This document shows, in pieces, positions 35,981 to 48,091 of a stretch of DNA of 64,000 nt (position 1 is the stretch's first letter; each line of letters starts with the position of its first letter). The position numbers and the translations under genes were made by a program. The notes beneath the pieces were generated by a model. The model saw only the letters and a program-made list of their open reading frames with translations. It was not told the DNA's origin and made no database searches. Source of the stretch: Amphiscolops sp. MND2022 (Eukaryota); NCBI GenBank assembly GCA_964187785.1, contig OZ076409.1, forward strand, positions 22,632,001 through 22,696,000, written 5' to 3'.

Positions 35981-38072
35981 TTAGTCAACCTTCAGGCCAA
36001 ATTGGAGTAGTACTCCAAAATGGTCACTCGCGAACATGCCGCAAGAAAGTCGCTCTGTGCCCACCAACTCGAAACTTTTCAGCACCAAATTACAACTTGT
36101 AGCATCTGAGTCACCATCACCGTAACTATCTTGCTTCTGCGAATATACCGTAGATCCACTGACTTTGTAATACACTCTGTCGAAACGGCATTTGGCTTTA
36201 GAGTTCTTCATATTTGCCAAATTATCATTTATACTCATATCCCAAGTATACTGCTTGCTTTTGTCAGACCCCGATTCCACCCACGTATCTTTGAGGCCCC
36301 TGAGGTCCAGAGAAGTGAGTTCGTTGTCCCTCACATTCAAATCTCCGCCAAAAACTTTCAAATGAGACTCGCATTTATCCACCTCTTCCACACTTTGCTT
36401 CAACTGGTCAATCCTTGTTTGGAAAACTGACTTGGTGCTTTCTAAACAAAATAAGCAGACACTTACATTGTTTGTAGATGTCATTTAAACGCGGTGAACT
36501 CTTGAATAAGAAACATGACTTTCTAGTTTTAGAAAACTCTCGCATCAACTACTTCAACATTCTAAGCAAGCCGGGAACGACCCAAGTCGGAGCCCCGCTC
36601 AAAGTTCAGGAAGACCAAAGTGTTTGAAATATTCAATAAACTATTGGAAAAGTACCAAAAACTTCAGGCGCGAAAAACCTTTTTCTCACCTGGAAACTTC
36701 AGAAAAAGCCAAACATTTCTCAAAAAAAAATCGAAAATAGTCGCTCGCTAAACTATTTTCCGAACAGAAAACCTCAAAGAAACTGGAGGAGGTACCCTTT
36801 GAAATTTAGAATTTTTCGAACAAAGTCGCACAGCGCCGAAAACAGCACCTAACGAAAGCTGCGACACGAGAAACGACTGATCAAATAACATTTCATGTAT
36901 CAACATAATTTCAAGGACATTACAGATTTCAAATAACCAAAAAAGTACCAACCCAGATGAGTTGTGAAAAAAGATACAGGCATTCCAAGAAAGTCAGCAT
37001 CACATCGGATCAAGTTACGTCCCATTTGACTGTTGGGAAAAGGGATAGTGCTGAAGTTTATCTTTGACAGAGAGCTCTTGTTGACCATCATGACAACGAA
37101 ATAAGCAAAGTCACTTTCGGCCTTGTATATATTGTACCGAGGTAGAAAAACATCGTAAAAAGAATGCAACACAGGTTCAATAACCTCCTGCAAGAAAACA
37201 ACATCGGGTTCGAGAGTTTTGATATGATGAAAAAGTCCCATCATCCGCGCTTTCAGCATAAGTTCCGATAGACAGTCGATATTCCAGGAAAGGATTTTCA
37301 AGTTAACAGAAAACCCATCTGAGGCATCGTCTAAACAGAGAAAACTTCATAGACAATGAAAACGAAACTACGTTCTCGAAAACGAACCCAATATCGCAAT
37401 TTAGATTGTTGAAAATTTGGAAACACTCAATTCAAACGATGCTGTTTTTTTCGCGAGTTAGGATTTTCCCGAGGATCAGCATATTTTTACAAGTGTGATC
37501 ACGCTACGCAACACATTGGTTAAGTTTACATGAGAAACCTCAAAAGTCGAACAAAGCCTAATACTTTGTAATTATCAGTATAAAACCGCCAAAAACAACA
37601 ATTACAAAAAGCACGACAAGCCAGTTACGGTTTCTATAACGTTTCACATTACGCAGAAATATTAACAAGTGTGCCAAATACATGGTATTTTTGGGTTGCT
37701 AGAAAGTATACGTACAGAAAGTTTTTCAGAGTTTTCTGAAAATTGCATGAAAAGGTAAATAAAAATTAAAGACGAACTTGATCAAAACAACTATCACTCA
37801 CACAAGGAATCAGTGAGTGATTCATTTGTATGTTTTGTGCTTTGGGCAGCGGCTGAAGCAGATGGTTCGTTAGTTGAAGAAAGCGTATAAGGATGCATAT
37901 CAGGATCTGGGAACAGTTGGTTATATATTTCCAAAGTGGCATTGAACTGCCAGTTATTCTGTTCTAGGAAAATGTAAGACATCTCAAGGTCGCAATCTGT
38001 CTCCTGGCTGAATGCATACACCAACTGCTGCTGATCTGCGGTTAAATGAATTCTATCAGACATAGCAAACAT
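35981..38072 (-). CDS. TDP2: Tyrosyl-DNA phosphodiesterase 2 (UBA-like + EEP domain), 369 aa, exons 38072-37802, 37330-36953, 36441-35981
   Basis: SWNID, VFLQEV, SQMGRNL, THLES, GGDLN, YTWD, RFDR and SDHFG motifs; N-terminal UBA-like FLEQNNW; GT-AG introns in phase. Confidence 0.95.
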
Positions 38073-39001
38073 CTGAAAAAAAAACGAAAACGGAATGGAA
38101 AATCTAAGAACCAGCCATTTTCGATGGATAACCCCATTTATACACAGGGGCGAAGTTTCATTCAGGCGTTCTTCGTATGCTTTACAGCACGCGTTTGGGA
38201 AGCCCTGGGCCTCCTGTTCAATGAGGAATTGGACTAATCGGACTAGAACGAGTGCCTCGTCTTTACAGAAGAAAAATTAATTAGACAATATATGGTTCGA
38301 AATTTTCAATGCAAGTTCATTTCATCACTAAGACGCAGTTTGAAGATTGTTTGAAATTCTTAGCATAATTAGTCACAAAATTGAGTAGTAAAATTCTCGA
38401 ATTCTTTTTGGAATAATTTGTAGAAAATAACGGAAAACTTGAGAGAAAATTGATCGCTTTCCAAAGCAATTGACTGCTAGCCAAAAGGTTGTATGGCTTA
38501 ACATGAGGCTCTCCGAAAAGTATTTCCTTTCCCAAAACAGTATCTCAGCTCCCAATTCTGTGCAAAATAGAGCGATCGGAGTACGATAGATATCACAGAC
38601 ATGGTTTTGGAAGTTTGACAGATGAAACCTTTTTTCCAGATATCAAACTATCAAACAAGATATTAAACAAGCCAAAATACTGAGAGCAGAGCTGAAACGA
38701 TTCCGCTGAGCTGCAAATTATTGAGAAGTTCGGAGAAAAACGAATGTCCGATTTCAAAAAGTGACATCCCCAGCTACTTTCTATCCAGTTACATAGAATT
38801 TTCCAAAATTCTCATGCTGATATAGTCACATACCTTTTTGAAAATTTTACAAAAAAACACGCCAAAACCTCAAAAGGTTTTTGTCACTAGTTCAGCGAAA
38901 AAATGCTGGGTCAGACTGCTAAGGGCGCTCCATCAAGTTGTGCCAAAGTTAATGAAAGTCTAACAAAGTCTAACACGGGATAAGTTATATCCGCATTTGT
39001 G

Positions 39002-40147
39002 ATGTTTTTTAATCCAATCTCCATTCGTTTCAGGGCAATCTATGAGCTATCTTCGGAGCACGAGTTGCTCTTTCTCAATCGAAAGAAAACTTTAACAAGA
39101 CTGTATTCGACCTCAGATTTCCAAGTTCTGGTATAATTATCCGAAAGTTAATCGCCTTCAATATCACCGAGGTTATCTGAATTTACATTTTCTAAATAAT
39201 ATATCTTTCCTGTGACAGGATGTTTATACATAATATATCAACGATCATGACACTGAGTTCATTGTACCATGGGTCATGACACTCCCCCGTGTTGAGAAAA
39301 AAAGTTTTTTCGGAGCGCATTGTTTCCATTCAATATGAAGGTGAGAATGTTGAGAGTTTGAAGATTGGCTCTTCAATAGCAATGTTCCAAAGGTATCTGA
39401 AGTCGATCGGGTCAATCTAGATTATCATCATCCATGGTTGATTAGAAAGCCATTGATAAAATAGGGAAAAGATTCTACGCACGAGAAAGCTGCCGTATAT
39501 AGTAGGACACGTGAGTTGAGACCACAACTCATAAGTCCGTGCAAAGCATATGAGGATTCGTTCAATTCATTCACCGAGGTATACGAGTCGGTTTATCCTT
39601 ATAATAGCAAAAAATACCATCCAATGACGCAAAGTTATTCCATTTTGATGATATTGAGGCAAAGTTGTGTCCGGATCCCAGTCTTCTGCCTTTGAGTGGA
39701 ATTGGCTTTCGCGGTTTCCACGTCGATGAGGATCCATCACCTGGATATCCTACTGTAGCAGTTTAACCAAGGGTTAAAAAAAGGCTGTTCAGTGCTCAAA
39801 ATAAACGAACAGAAAGATTCTATGTTCGACGAGGCTGGACTGTCGAGGAAATCAGGGTTAAGATGAATCCATTGAAATTTATATACTGCATCCAAGAAGT
39901 AAATGATACTGTATTCATTCCAAAATTATTGTGCCATACAGTGCTCTCCGTAGACCCTGATGGATCAAACTTGCTCTCTTGGCTCAATTTGAAAAAGGAG
40001 GTTGCCACCAAAGTTGCAACCTTGAAAGTTCTTATGCCGACTGGATGTAGAGAGGGCGGAAGTGGCAAAAAAGATAAAATGCGCGATTTATTCAAGCGCA
40101 AGAGAAAGTTTGGGTCCACGAAAAATTCGAAGTCCATGGATAACTGA
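39002..40147 (+). pseudogene. Degraded long ORF of unknown family
   Basis: Long protein-like stretches linked by isolated stops and frameshifts (EDWLFNSNVPKVSEVDRVNLDYHHPWL..; CPDPSLLPLSGIGFRGFHVDEDP..FYVRRGWTVEEIRVKMNPLKFIYC..). Confidence 0.4.
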
Positions 40148-40207
40148 AGGCTCATCAAAGTTCGGTATTCTTGATACTGATTTTGTACGAGTAATTAAAT
40201 TTGTTGT

Positions 40208-40411
40208 ATGATTATTGTTCTTGAAGTTCAGTGGCCGTGGAAACCTCTTCTGTATGTTATCATTGTCATCATCGTTTGTTTGTCATCATATTTAGTTTGC
40301 AAGCTACCACGTCAAGGCTCCAGTGAACGAAAGGACAAAGAAAACATAGGTATAGAGAAAGAATATGTAAGAAGAAAAGTATCGATAGGGGGTTGCATCA
40401 AACAAGCATAA
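40208..40411 (+). CDS. Small single-pass membrane protein ORF (67 aa)
   Basis: ATG start; hydrophobic LLYVIIVIIVCLSSYLVC followed by a charged tail. Confidence 0.35.
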   Translation: MIIVLEVQWPWKPLLYVIIVIIVCLSSYLVCKLPRQGSSERKDKENIGIEKEYVRRKVSIGGCIKQA

Positions 40412-40716
40412 AAAGGGAGACATAAATTTTTGCAAAAGGGGAACGTTAGTCAGTGACAATAGTCTATTAAAAGTTATAGAAGCATTGAAAAACATAACTT
40501 CTTCAAAAAGTCGGTCAGTCAAAATCAATTCAGGTCTTTTGCATAAAACTTCTTAGAAGACATATGAAGTTAGAGAAGCAATTCTATTTCACGAGTGTTT
40601 TTTGGTGTAAAGTATCGAAGCGTTTCGTTTCACAGTACATTCTCTCCTGAAAACGTTTTGTAATTTGTATTGAGCATATTTTCAGTTGTTTTCAAGTTTT
40701 TCGGGGATATGTCGTA

Positions 40717-41094
40717 ATGTCTTGTGTCCAACTTCTTGGAATTATGGCTATGTTTTTCCTTGCCATTCACACAGAGCTGTCAGATTGTGAGAGAAAAGTT
40801 TGGCGTATCGAAAACAAGCATTCGTTGGGGTTTCTTTGTTGTCAAAAGAACGCCAATTTTTTCCAAGGCGGGAAAATAACAGCAGCTTCTCTCGAGCAGC
40901 ATTGTCCCCTAGAGCCCAAAAAGGTAGATATCGAGCGTGGGCAAAAGACCTGATTGGCCGCCCCGATTGTGTTTTCTTGCGGTGCCGCAATTTTCATCAT
41001 CACAATTGTGTGGATGATATTCAAGCGAATAAAGGCCTTGAAAGCAATGGACACCGAGACACCTGCAAATAATGAGGCTGAAGATGTCATGTAG
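40717..41094 (+). pseudogene. Small type-I membrane protein ORF with one in-frame TGA (40951-40953)
   Basis: Signal-like N-terminus, Cys-containing ectodomain; after the TGA the same frame gives a TM helix (LAAPIVFSCGAAIFIITIVWMIF), KRIK and a short tail ending at TAG. Confidence 0.5.
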
Positions 41095-41869
41095 GAGGAA
41101 ACAACTCATAAGCGCAAGTCCCGTATTAACAGCCAATTTTAGTTTTGTATACAAATTGTTTTTTTTTCGTGTTACGTTTTATCACGTTTTCCAGTTTGCG
41201 GAGTATCTGCTTAGTTTTTGTGTTGTTTACCACCAGTTTTTGTGTTAACCAACGTTAAACAGATTACTTTGAATCAAAGTTGGGACTACCTTGTTTTCTA
41301 ACCTCAACACATTTACGGAATGACAAATACAGTGTCGTTTTTATATGAAAACTTTTATGATGAAAACTTTAGTTCGGTGAAAGATTGAGTGGCCTTGATG
41401 AGGCTTGAAGTTACACCATAAAGTTCATAAAGAATATACTCAATGTGATTTAGTACCTAATCGTGTTTTCGATAATTTTTGTTTTGCGTAGTTTTCTTTG
41501 CGTACCTGCCGTTTTTTTCGAGTACTTCATGTTTTTAATCATGTTTGTTGGTCAACAAAATTAACATGGTCTCTCAGTGCTCTTGAGATCAGTCTATACA
41601 TGTTTCTGCACGGTGCGAATGCTACTGAAAAGTTGGGCTTTTGGTAAATTTTACGTTTTTACTTCATATTAGGACGCGGTTACTATGGGAGAAGGCTAAG
41701 TCTTCCATGTATCAGCTTTGCAGTGAAAGGCTCACACCCTTTGCCCGGGGCTAAAAGCGACTCTGCTCACAGAGCTAATAGAGACGTCTTCCTGGCACAT
41801 TGGGTAGAGCTTTGATTGGTGAAGTTGATGCATCTAGGCAGAAGGGCTTAAAAGACAACTGATTGATCA

Positions 41870-43046
41870 ATTGTTGTGTTTTTTCTGCTGAATCAAGTTG
41901 GGCTAGAGAACTTGTTAGACAAAGGCCAGTTTGTTTTTCGAAATTTGACAATGGCTCAACTACTGCGCATGTGCCTTCGGGCAGTTCGGAGAAAGCGATG
42001 ATACAATTCGAGACTTCTTGAGTATTAGGTTTTATGACTAGCTTCTGTTGTGTTTTGAGATAGTAGGACTTCCTTCGAAATGATTTCGTGATTTTGTCTT
42101 CAAGCGAAGCAATCTCGTTCAATTGAAGCGTCATTTCAGGAAACGATAAAGTTCGATTTGAAGGATTAATAGTAGTGTTATTTTCTCAAAAAATGAAAGT
42201 CCTAAAATAGGTCGATTCATAGTTTTTAAAAGTAGAAATGATTCCGAAAATGATTGTCCTCTTAATTTAAAAGTCAGTACGGCAGAACCGAGCGTTGAAA
42301 GTTTCTGACCATTGGCGACTTTTACGGGAATTGAATTTTTTGATTCGTTCGATATGGCGTTAGGGTTTTTAAGGCGTATTTTGGATAAATGATCGGGGGT
42401 TAGAGCGCTTGAAAAAGCTCCCGTATCGACAAGAGCGTGTATAGAGTAAGAAGAAAAAGATAAAGGAACAGAAAAATCAGGAGCTGAAGTTGAAGTAGAA
42501 AAGGAATTATGAAGACTGGAGTTGACTTGGCTTACCTAGTTTTTTGAACTGGAGATGAGACTGCGGTGGTCGGGTCATTGTAGTACTCAAACTGTGTATC
42601 GATTATTTCCCAACTGCCAAGGTGGTTGTTGATACTGCATTTGTTGAAATTGAGGTTGGTAGTTCCAGTTGGGCAACATGGCTTTGTGTTGCCAGTTTTG
42701 ATTACCGTCGTTGCCTTGATAGTTTCCTTTGTATGACCATTGCCCTCTTGATTGGTATCTTCCTCGACCAGAATTGCGTCCTCTGTAATTACCGCGTTGT
42801 GTTCCTCTTCCGCGGTTAGAATTTGCGGTTGTATTTGCAGGCGGTGTCTCGTGTGATTGGTAGAAAGAGTGCTTCTTGACTGGTAGAAAGATTATTGAGA
42901 CTGCTTACCAAACTGTCAAACTGGGATGAGGAAATTTCGTGAAATGCTGTTTCATCGTCTTCAGGGTATAACTGTTCTAAAACGTGGCGTCGTGCTACTT
43001 TCTCACATAGGTCTTCCACAGTCATTGTGTCAGTATGGTTTACCAT
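41870..43046 (-). mobile_element. Ty3/Gypsy LTR-retrotransposon remnant (gag C-terminus, aspartic protease, post-protease region)
   Basis: Protease motif HALVDTGAFSSAL at ~42410-42440; Q/N-rich gag tail; RT and integrase not seen. Confidence 0.75.
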
Positions 43047-44710
43047 ACGTTACCAAAATTATTTCACGTTATATTCAGCGTGGAAAAAGGCAAAGCCTAA
43101 TTCGTATAGCTAAGGGCCGAATAAAACAGTACGAAAAATGAGAAATACGAAATAACCGTATGACATTACTGTTGTCGTCACGAAACAGGGGTCTCATACA
43201 TACGAATTAAACAAGATCCGAATACGAATTAAGCAAAGTTAACTGCAGTATAGTGTAGTGTTCAATTTGAGAACATTTGATTAAAACCTTGGCATTGGCT
43301 ACATTCAAACACACTGACTTGCGGCCTGGCAAGAAGCAAAAAGCAACGCTTCTAAACACTATATCTGAATTGTTGAGGTTATATCGAATGGGAAAAAAAG
43401 ATGCTTTAATTCGAAAACATGAAAAATGTGGAAATCAGCGGGAATCGAACACACTTTCCTTCGGATCGCAAGCCAAGGCTCATATCACCCTCATATAAAA
43501 AGTGTATCATAGTGACACCTGGAGAGAAGGTGCCACTGTAAACGTCGACTAAAAAGGTGTTGCCGCATGCTGCATAGCCAACAATATTGCTTTTAAAATT
43601 GTCATTCTTCAATTTTAGATGGTATGACACTGTCAATTGGTTTTTTGTTTATGCAAGAAGATTTCCAATTTTCTGCAAAAAATTATTTGTACAATTCCTA
43701 CTCTTTGCAATAAAATCGATTGTGAATTGTTCTTGAGTATTGGAACTTGAGTATAAATTTTCAACATTTGATTCATTTCCCAAACAAAACGACTAGCCGT
43801 CTTAGGAGATCCACCCTGTCTCTCAGAATCTTGTTGTCAGAAAAATCATCACTGTTTTGCAGAAAAACCCCCTCTTCCTTTTCGTAATAAATAGTCGAGC
43901 TCACGAGGACAAACTGTTGCCCTGTGCATTCACTTTGAGAAAAACTAAATGCAACTAGAATCAATGCTTTTACAGGGTGGAAGGCTAAATCAGGGATATA
44001 TTATTCGGTTATTGGGGTACACAGCTCTTTATGAAAAAAGATTCGGCATGGGTGGGTATCGAACACACGACCTCCTGACTGGAAGTGCATGTAACTGAAT
44101 TAACCAGATAAGTACTTTCTACCAGTTCTCGGAAACGAAAAAGGATTGAATCAATACGCGTCACAAAAAAATCACTAAAAATCAACAGACATTCATATTT
44201 TCCTGTTCAGAAACAGTCGCTTCCCTGTACTCAATCATGACTGAGAAAATCTGTTGTCAAGTTATGGGCCAATGAAGGCTCTCATAAAACTTGCATTGCC
44301 AAACAGAAATTTACAAATTTAATATTTATTTCATTGTAAATACTCATTCGAGATGATATACAAAAATCTTGGAAGATAAAATAAAGCCCTCTCATTGGAT
44401 AGGCGATACAATCAATGCTCACATGTGAAAACTTTTGATAGAATATAAGCGATCCAATTCCAGTCAGTGGGATGAAAAATTGCCAATTTCAAGTTGTAAA
44501 AATAGCTCCCTGGTATATTTAAATTCATCTGCTATTCAAAGATTAATTATTTCAAGAATCGACGGAAGACAGAGTAACAAATTGTGACAAAAAACACCAT
44601 TAGCCATTGGAGTATATTATTTCTCAAGACTGGGGGATTCCAGAAGAGACAGACCAAAAAATAAAATGACAAATTTTCTGACCGTAATATGTACCAAAAT
44701 AATTCAAAAC

Positions 44711-45343
44711 TCAGGATTTATTTAAAAGAAACCACGAACACGCAAATTTGAGAGCAAGATTGGTAGATATTTTAGATTCCGTATCCATTACAACCGATTT
44801 GGCAAAAGACACACAAGGCACTTCTTCTACAGATATACTTTCACCTTCATTTTCCAATCCACCACCACTCGACACTTTTTGTTCGTTTTTAACCTCTACA
44901 TAAAAAATATGACCAGTTCCGACACGGGAGGCAGACATTATTGAAGACACGCGAATCAAGTCTGATGATTTCACCGAGTAACCAGTTTCTTCAAGTACTT
45001 CTTCCGCGGCGCATTCCTCTATAGTCTTCCCTGTTTTGTCAACGAGACCAGCACATAGTTCTAATGATATTCCTTCAGTTGTCTCCAGCTTCTCATGCGA
45101 CAAAGGACCAACAGTCCGAGAATGTTGATTGAAATACTTGCTGGCGTATATAGAAGCACGAAATTGTTTCACCAAAACAAATGTATCTTGATCGGTATTT
45201 CGAATCAGAATGAACACAGAACCATGATTCTCCACAGCTTCCCAATTGATCACATGATTATTCACTTTATACCGAATACAGATAGGTTTCAAATACTTAT
45301 GTTCATAATTGTTGTCAATCACTTCAATATTTGATATGGCCAT
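44711..45343 (-). CDS. NUDT14: UDP-sugar diphosphatase (Nudix hydrolase), 210 aa, intronless CDS
   Basis: YLKP, W..H.SV, VLVKQFR, Nudix box ELCAGLVDK..EEVLEETGY, and the GGGL..EGE.I motif typical of NUDT14. Confidence 0.92.
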   Translation of the reverse strand: MAISNIEVIDNNYEHKYLKPICIRYKVNNHVINWEAVENHGSVFILIRNTDQDTFVLVKQFRASIYASKYFNQHSRTVGPLSHEKLETTEGISLELCAGLVDKTGKTIEECAAEEVLEETGYSVKSSDLIRVSSIMSASRVGTGHIFYVEVKNEQKVSSGGGLENEGESISVEEVPCVSFAKSVVMDTESKISTNLALKFACSWFLLNKS

Positions 45344-46101
45344 ATCACTGTCTGAAACCGTGTCGTGAAATAGCCAATTAACACTATGATATTTTCAATT
45401 AAATCGTTAGACAATCAAACGGAAACATTGGGCAAATCAGAACAATCTTTTTCTCAGATGACAACCAGTGCAATGAGTAACAGCCTAACTGCTGTGATAA
45501 ACTCATTAAATCGAAGTTAGAGCCAGGGGACTGAATCAGTTTTTTAATCTTTCTTCTTATTTTTTTCCTCTATCAGATATCATGGATCTTCGTCATCAAT
45601 CAAGTGCTGAATCAGTTATCAACCATTTCAAGTCCAACGCATCTAGTTTAGTGGGTGACGACTTGATATTCGAACAGCCCCTCAAACAGCCCCTCAAACA
45701 GCGGGAAAACCACTGGGACTCGAATATTAACCCAAGAAATGTGAAATCTTTGGTGACATCAATGAGAAACGACCATCGACAATTTTAGCATCTTTCCAAA
45801 AAAATCTACCCGGATCAAAACACCAACGCAAGATGAACTTATCATTCTTGGTTCACCGCTCGGCCCAAAATCACAGGCAGACTTACTCGAAAACAAAATT
45901 AAAGAACTGGAAAAAGGTACTCCAATTGAAATTTATTCCTCTATCAGATATCATGGATCTTCGTCATCAATCAAGTGCCATGTGTATCATCATGTTGGGG
46001 GGAGAAGACACACACACGTGATCTGCAACGAAAGTAGGGAACTCCATACAAGGCTGTCAGGAATATGTGGGACGTGTTTTTGCATATTCCCGCATATTTT
46101 T

Positions 46102-47106
46102 GGTTACCAGTCACTTGGCTTAATACTATTTGGCTTAATTTTTTCGTCGAGTCATTTGGCTTAAAAAATTTAAGCCAAGTGACCACAAAATTAAGCCAAC
46201 TCCATTCCAACTTAAGGAATAAATATGTCAACTCCCGGAAATATCATAATGTGGGGCATATGCGGTGTATGCACGCTCGCCCTCACCGTCGCAAAGACCA
46301 GCTCCCACTACGATAGCTTCGTGATCTTCGTTCCCGCTAGGTCTTTGCTCCTGTTCGACCTCGCTTAGCAAGATGGGAATATAAGCAGTGATTGCAAGTA
46401 CTTGGTTTATCAGGAATTGGAATTGGTGAGCTACTATGGAATTGTGGGATTGGAATTGACCAATTCCAAGCGCAGGAATTGAAATTGGAATTGGAAAGAT
46501 TTAAGGGCATATTCAGTGTTCTTTGACCGGACACCAACACTTTTGTTGGTCCTTTGCAATTAGAAATATGCTTGAGCATTGCACTTGTGCCACCATTTAC
46601 AGCTTTTACTACTGTAGAGCATCTCATGCACTTACGAAATTCCGTTTTACGGTCATTTTTGAATTCAACTAAGAAATGTTTGTAGACTTCATTCAATCAA
46701 TTTAGTAATTGGAATTGGAATTGGGAATTGGAATTGAAATTTACCAGGTTATTACTTGGAATTGGAATTGAAATGGGTGGGAATTGGAATTGGTACCAAG
46801 TACTTGGAAATGGATTGAAAACACTGAATATAAGCGGCCCCAAGGGGCCGCAGGGCACTAGAGGAAATGGGGACATATCCGAGGGGTACTTGATATGACA
46901 TGTTATAATAATACGCTGACTACGTTATAAAGATAAATTCGACAAAATCCGCCACGTGTTTTCAACTAAGTGGTTTTAAGTCAAATGACTTTAAGCCAAG
47001 TGACCAATACCCGAGACTTTTTGCCTAAAAAATTAAGCCAAGTGACCAAATGTATTAGGCCAAATGACTTTAAGCCAAATGGCATTAAGCCAAGTGTCCA
47101 TTTACC
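46102..47106. mobile_element. MITE with CACTTGGCTTAA-type arms carrying a structured core
   Basis: Inverted subrepeats CAYTTGGCTTAA / TTAAGCCAARTG; TSD ATATTTTT at 46094-46101 and 47107-47114. Confidence 0.8.
46386..46826 (-). mobile_element. Internally deleted hAT transposon with a BED zinc-finger remnant
   Basis: CAGTG..CACTG ends, GGAATT subterminal repeats, 8-bp TSD AATATAAG (46378-46385, 46827-46834); VYKHF..CMRC..GGTSAMLKH. Confidence 0.9.
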
Positions 47107-47360
47107 ATATTTTTAACTTTTGATGTTCCACATATGCATCTGCATATTTCCGAGAAATCTAAATGTTGCTGTCTAAAATTGAAGGTTCAACTGCGTTTTC
47201 CTCAAGAATCGACCCTAACTTTTGAGAAAAAAATGCGGTTGAAAGTTTTATATTCGATAAACTTTTTGTTATCGCTACAGCTGATTTTTACCCCTCATTT
47301 TATCACCTAACTAATGCAAGCTAGCCAACAAAAACACATTTTTCAGTTGTTTTTGAGCTC

Positions 47361-47965
47361 AATCAAATCAAATCAAATCAAATCAGAAAAGAAGTCATTT
47401 TATGAATAAAATATTCTTTCGTCCGCTTTTTCTTTCAGTCTCTGGAGAATATCAGTTCCAAAATCTTTCCTGATATTGCTGAAAATGTTGTTTTTTCTGT
47501 TCTTCCGTTTCATTGGTTGCCTCTGGACATAATTGTAGACATCGTAAAGGGCACCATCATGTCTGAGAACATGACCCCAGTGCGCACGTCGTCTTTTTTG
47601 TATAAATGTCGAGAGTTCTTCGGTCTTTGTCAAGGCGTACAGATCATTGTTATGTATAGTTTTCGGGTATCTGATGTTAAGAGCACCTCTCAGCTGTTTT
47701 CAATGGATTATGTTGATTTGGTTGTTGATTGTCACATTGCTTACCCATGTGCTGGCATTATAAACTAGAACAGATCTCACATATGTGTTGTAGATGGCTA
47801 TTTTTTGGGGGATCTTAATATATGGGTTTTTCCAGATGTCATTGTATTTTGCCATTGCCATCCATGACAATCTTTTGCGGTTATTGATGTCCTCCCCATC
47901 CTCCAAAGAACTTCCAAGTTTCTTGATCTTCTCTATTCTGGGTTCTTTGGGGTCTAATTCCATTT
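47361..47965 (-). mobile_element. 5'-truncated LINE (RTE-like) with (ATTTG)n tail
   Basis: KIAIYNTYVRSVLVYNASTW and HWGHVLRH motifs; microsatellite at 47361-47385. Confidence 0.8.
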
Positions 47966-48091
47966 GAGCTCGACTAAATGAATGGACACGTTTTAGAACC
48001 AAACTAACTTTATCACTAACAAGAAACGCCATGATGTTGCTGATTTTGGAAAACATGAATTTGCATATTTTTCACGATATTAAATAATGCC

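Noticed and set aside
43406..43964. Short minus-strand ORFs downstream of NUDT14
   Set aside because: No motif support; could be exons of an unrecognised gene but cannot be supported.
45567..45978. ~41-bp direct repeat upstream of NUDT14
   Set aside because: Probably a local duplication; no evidence of function.
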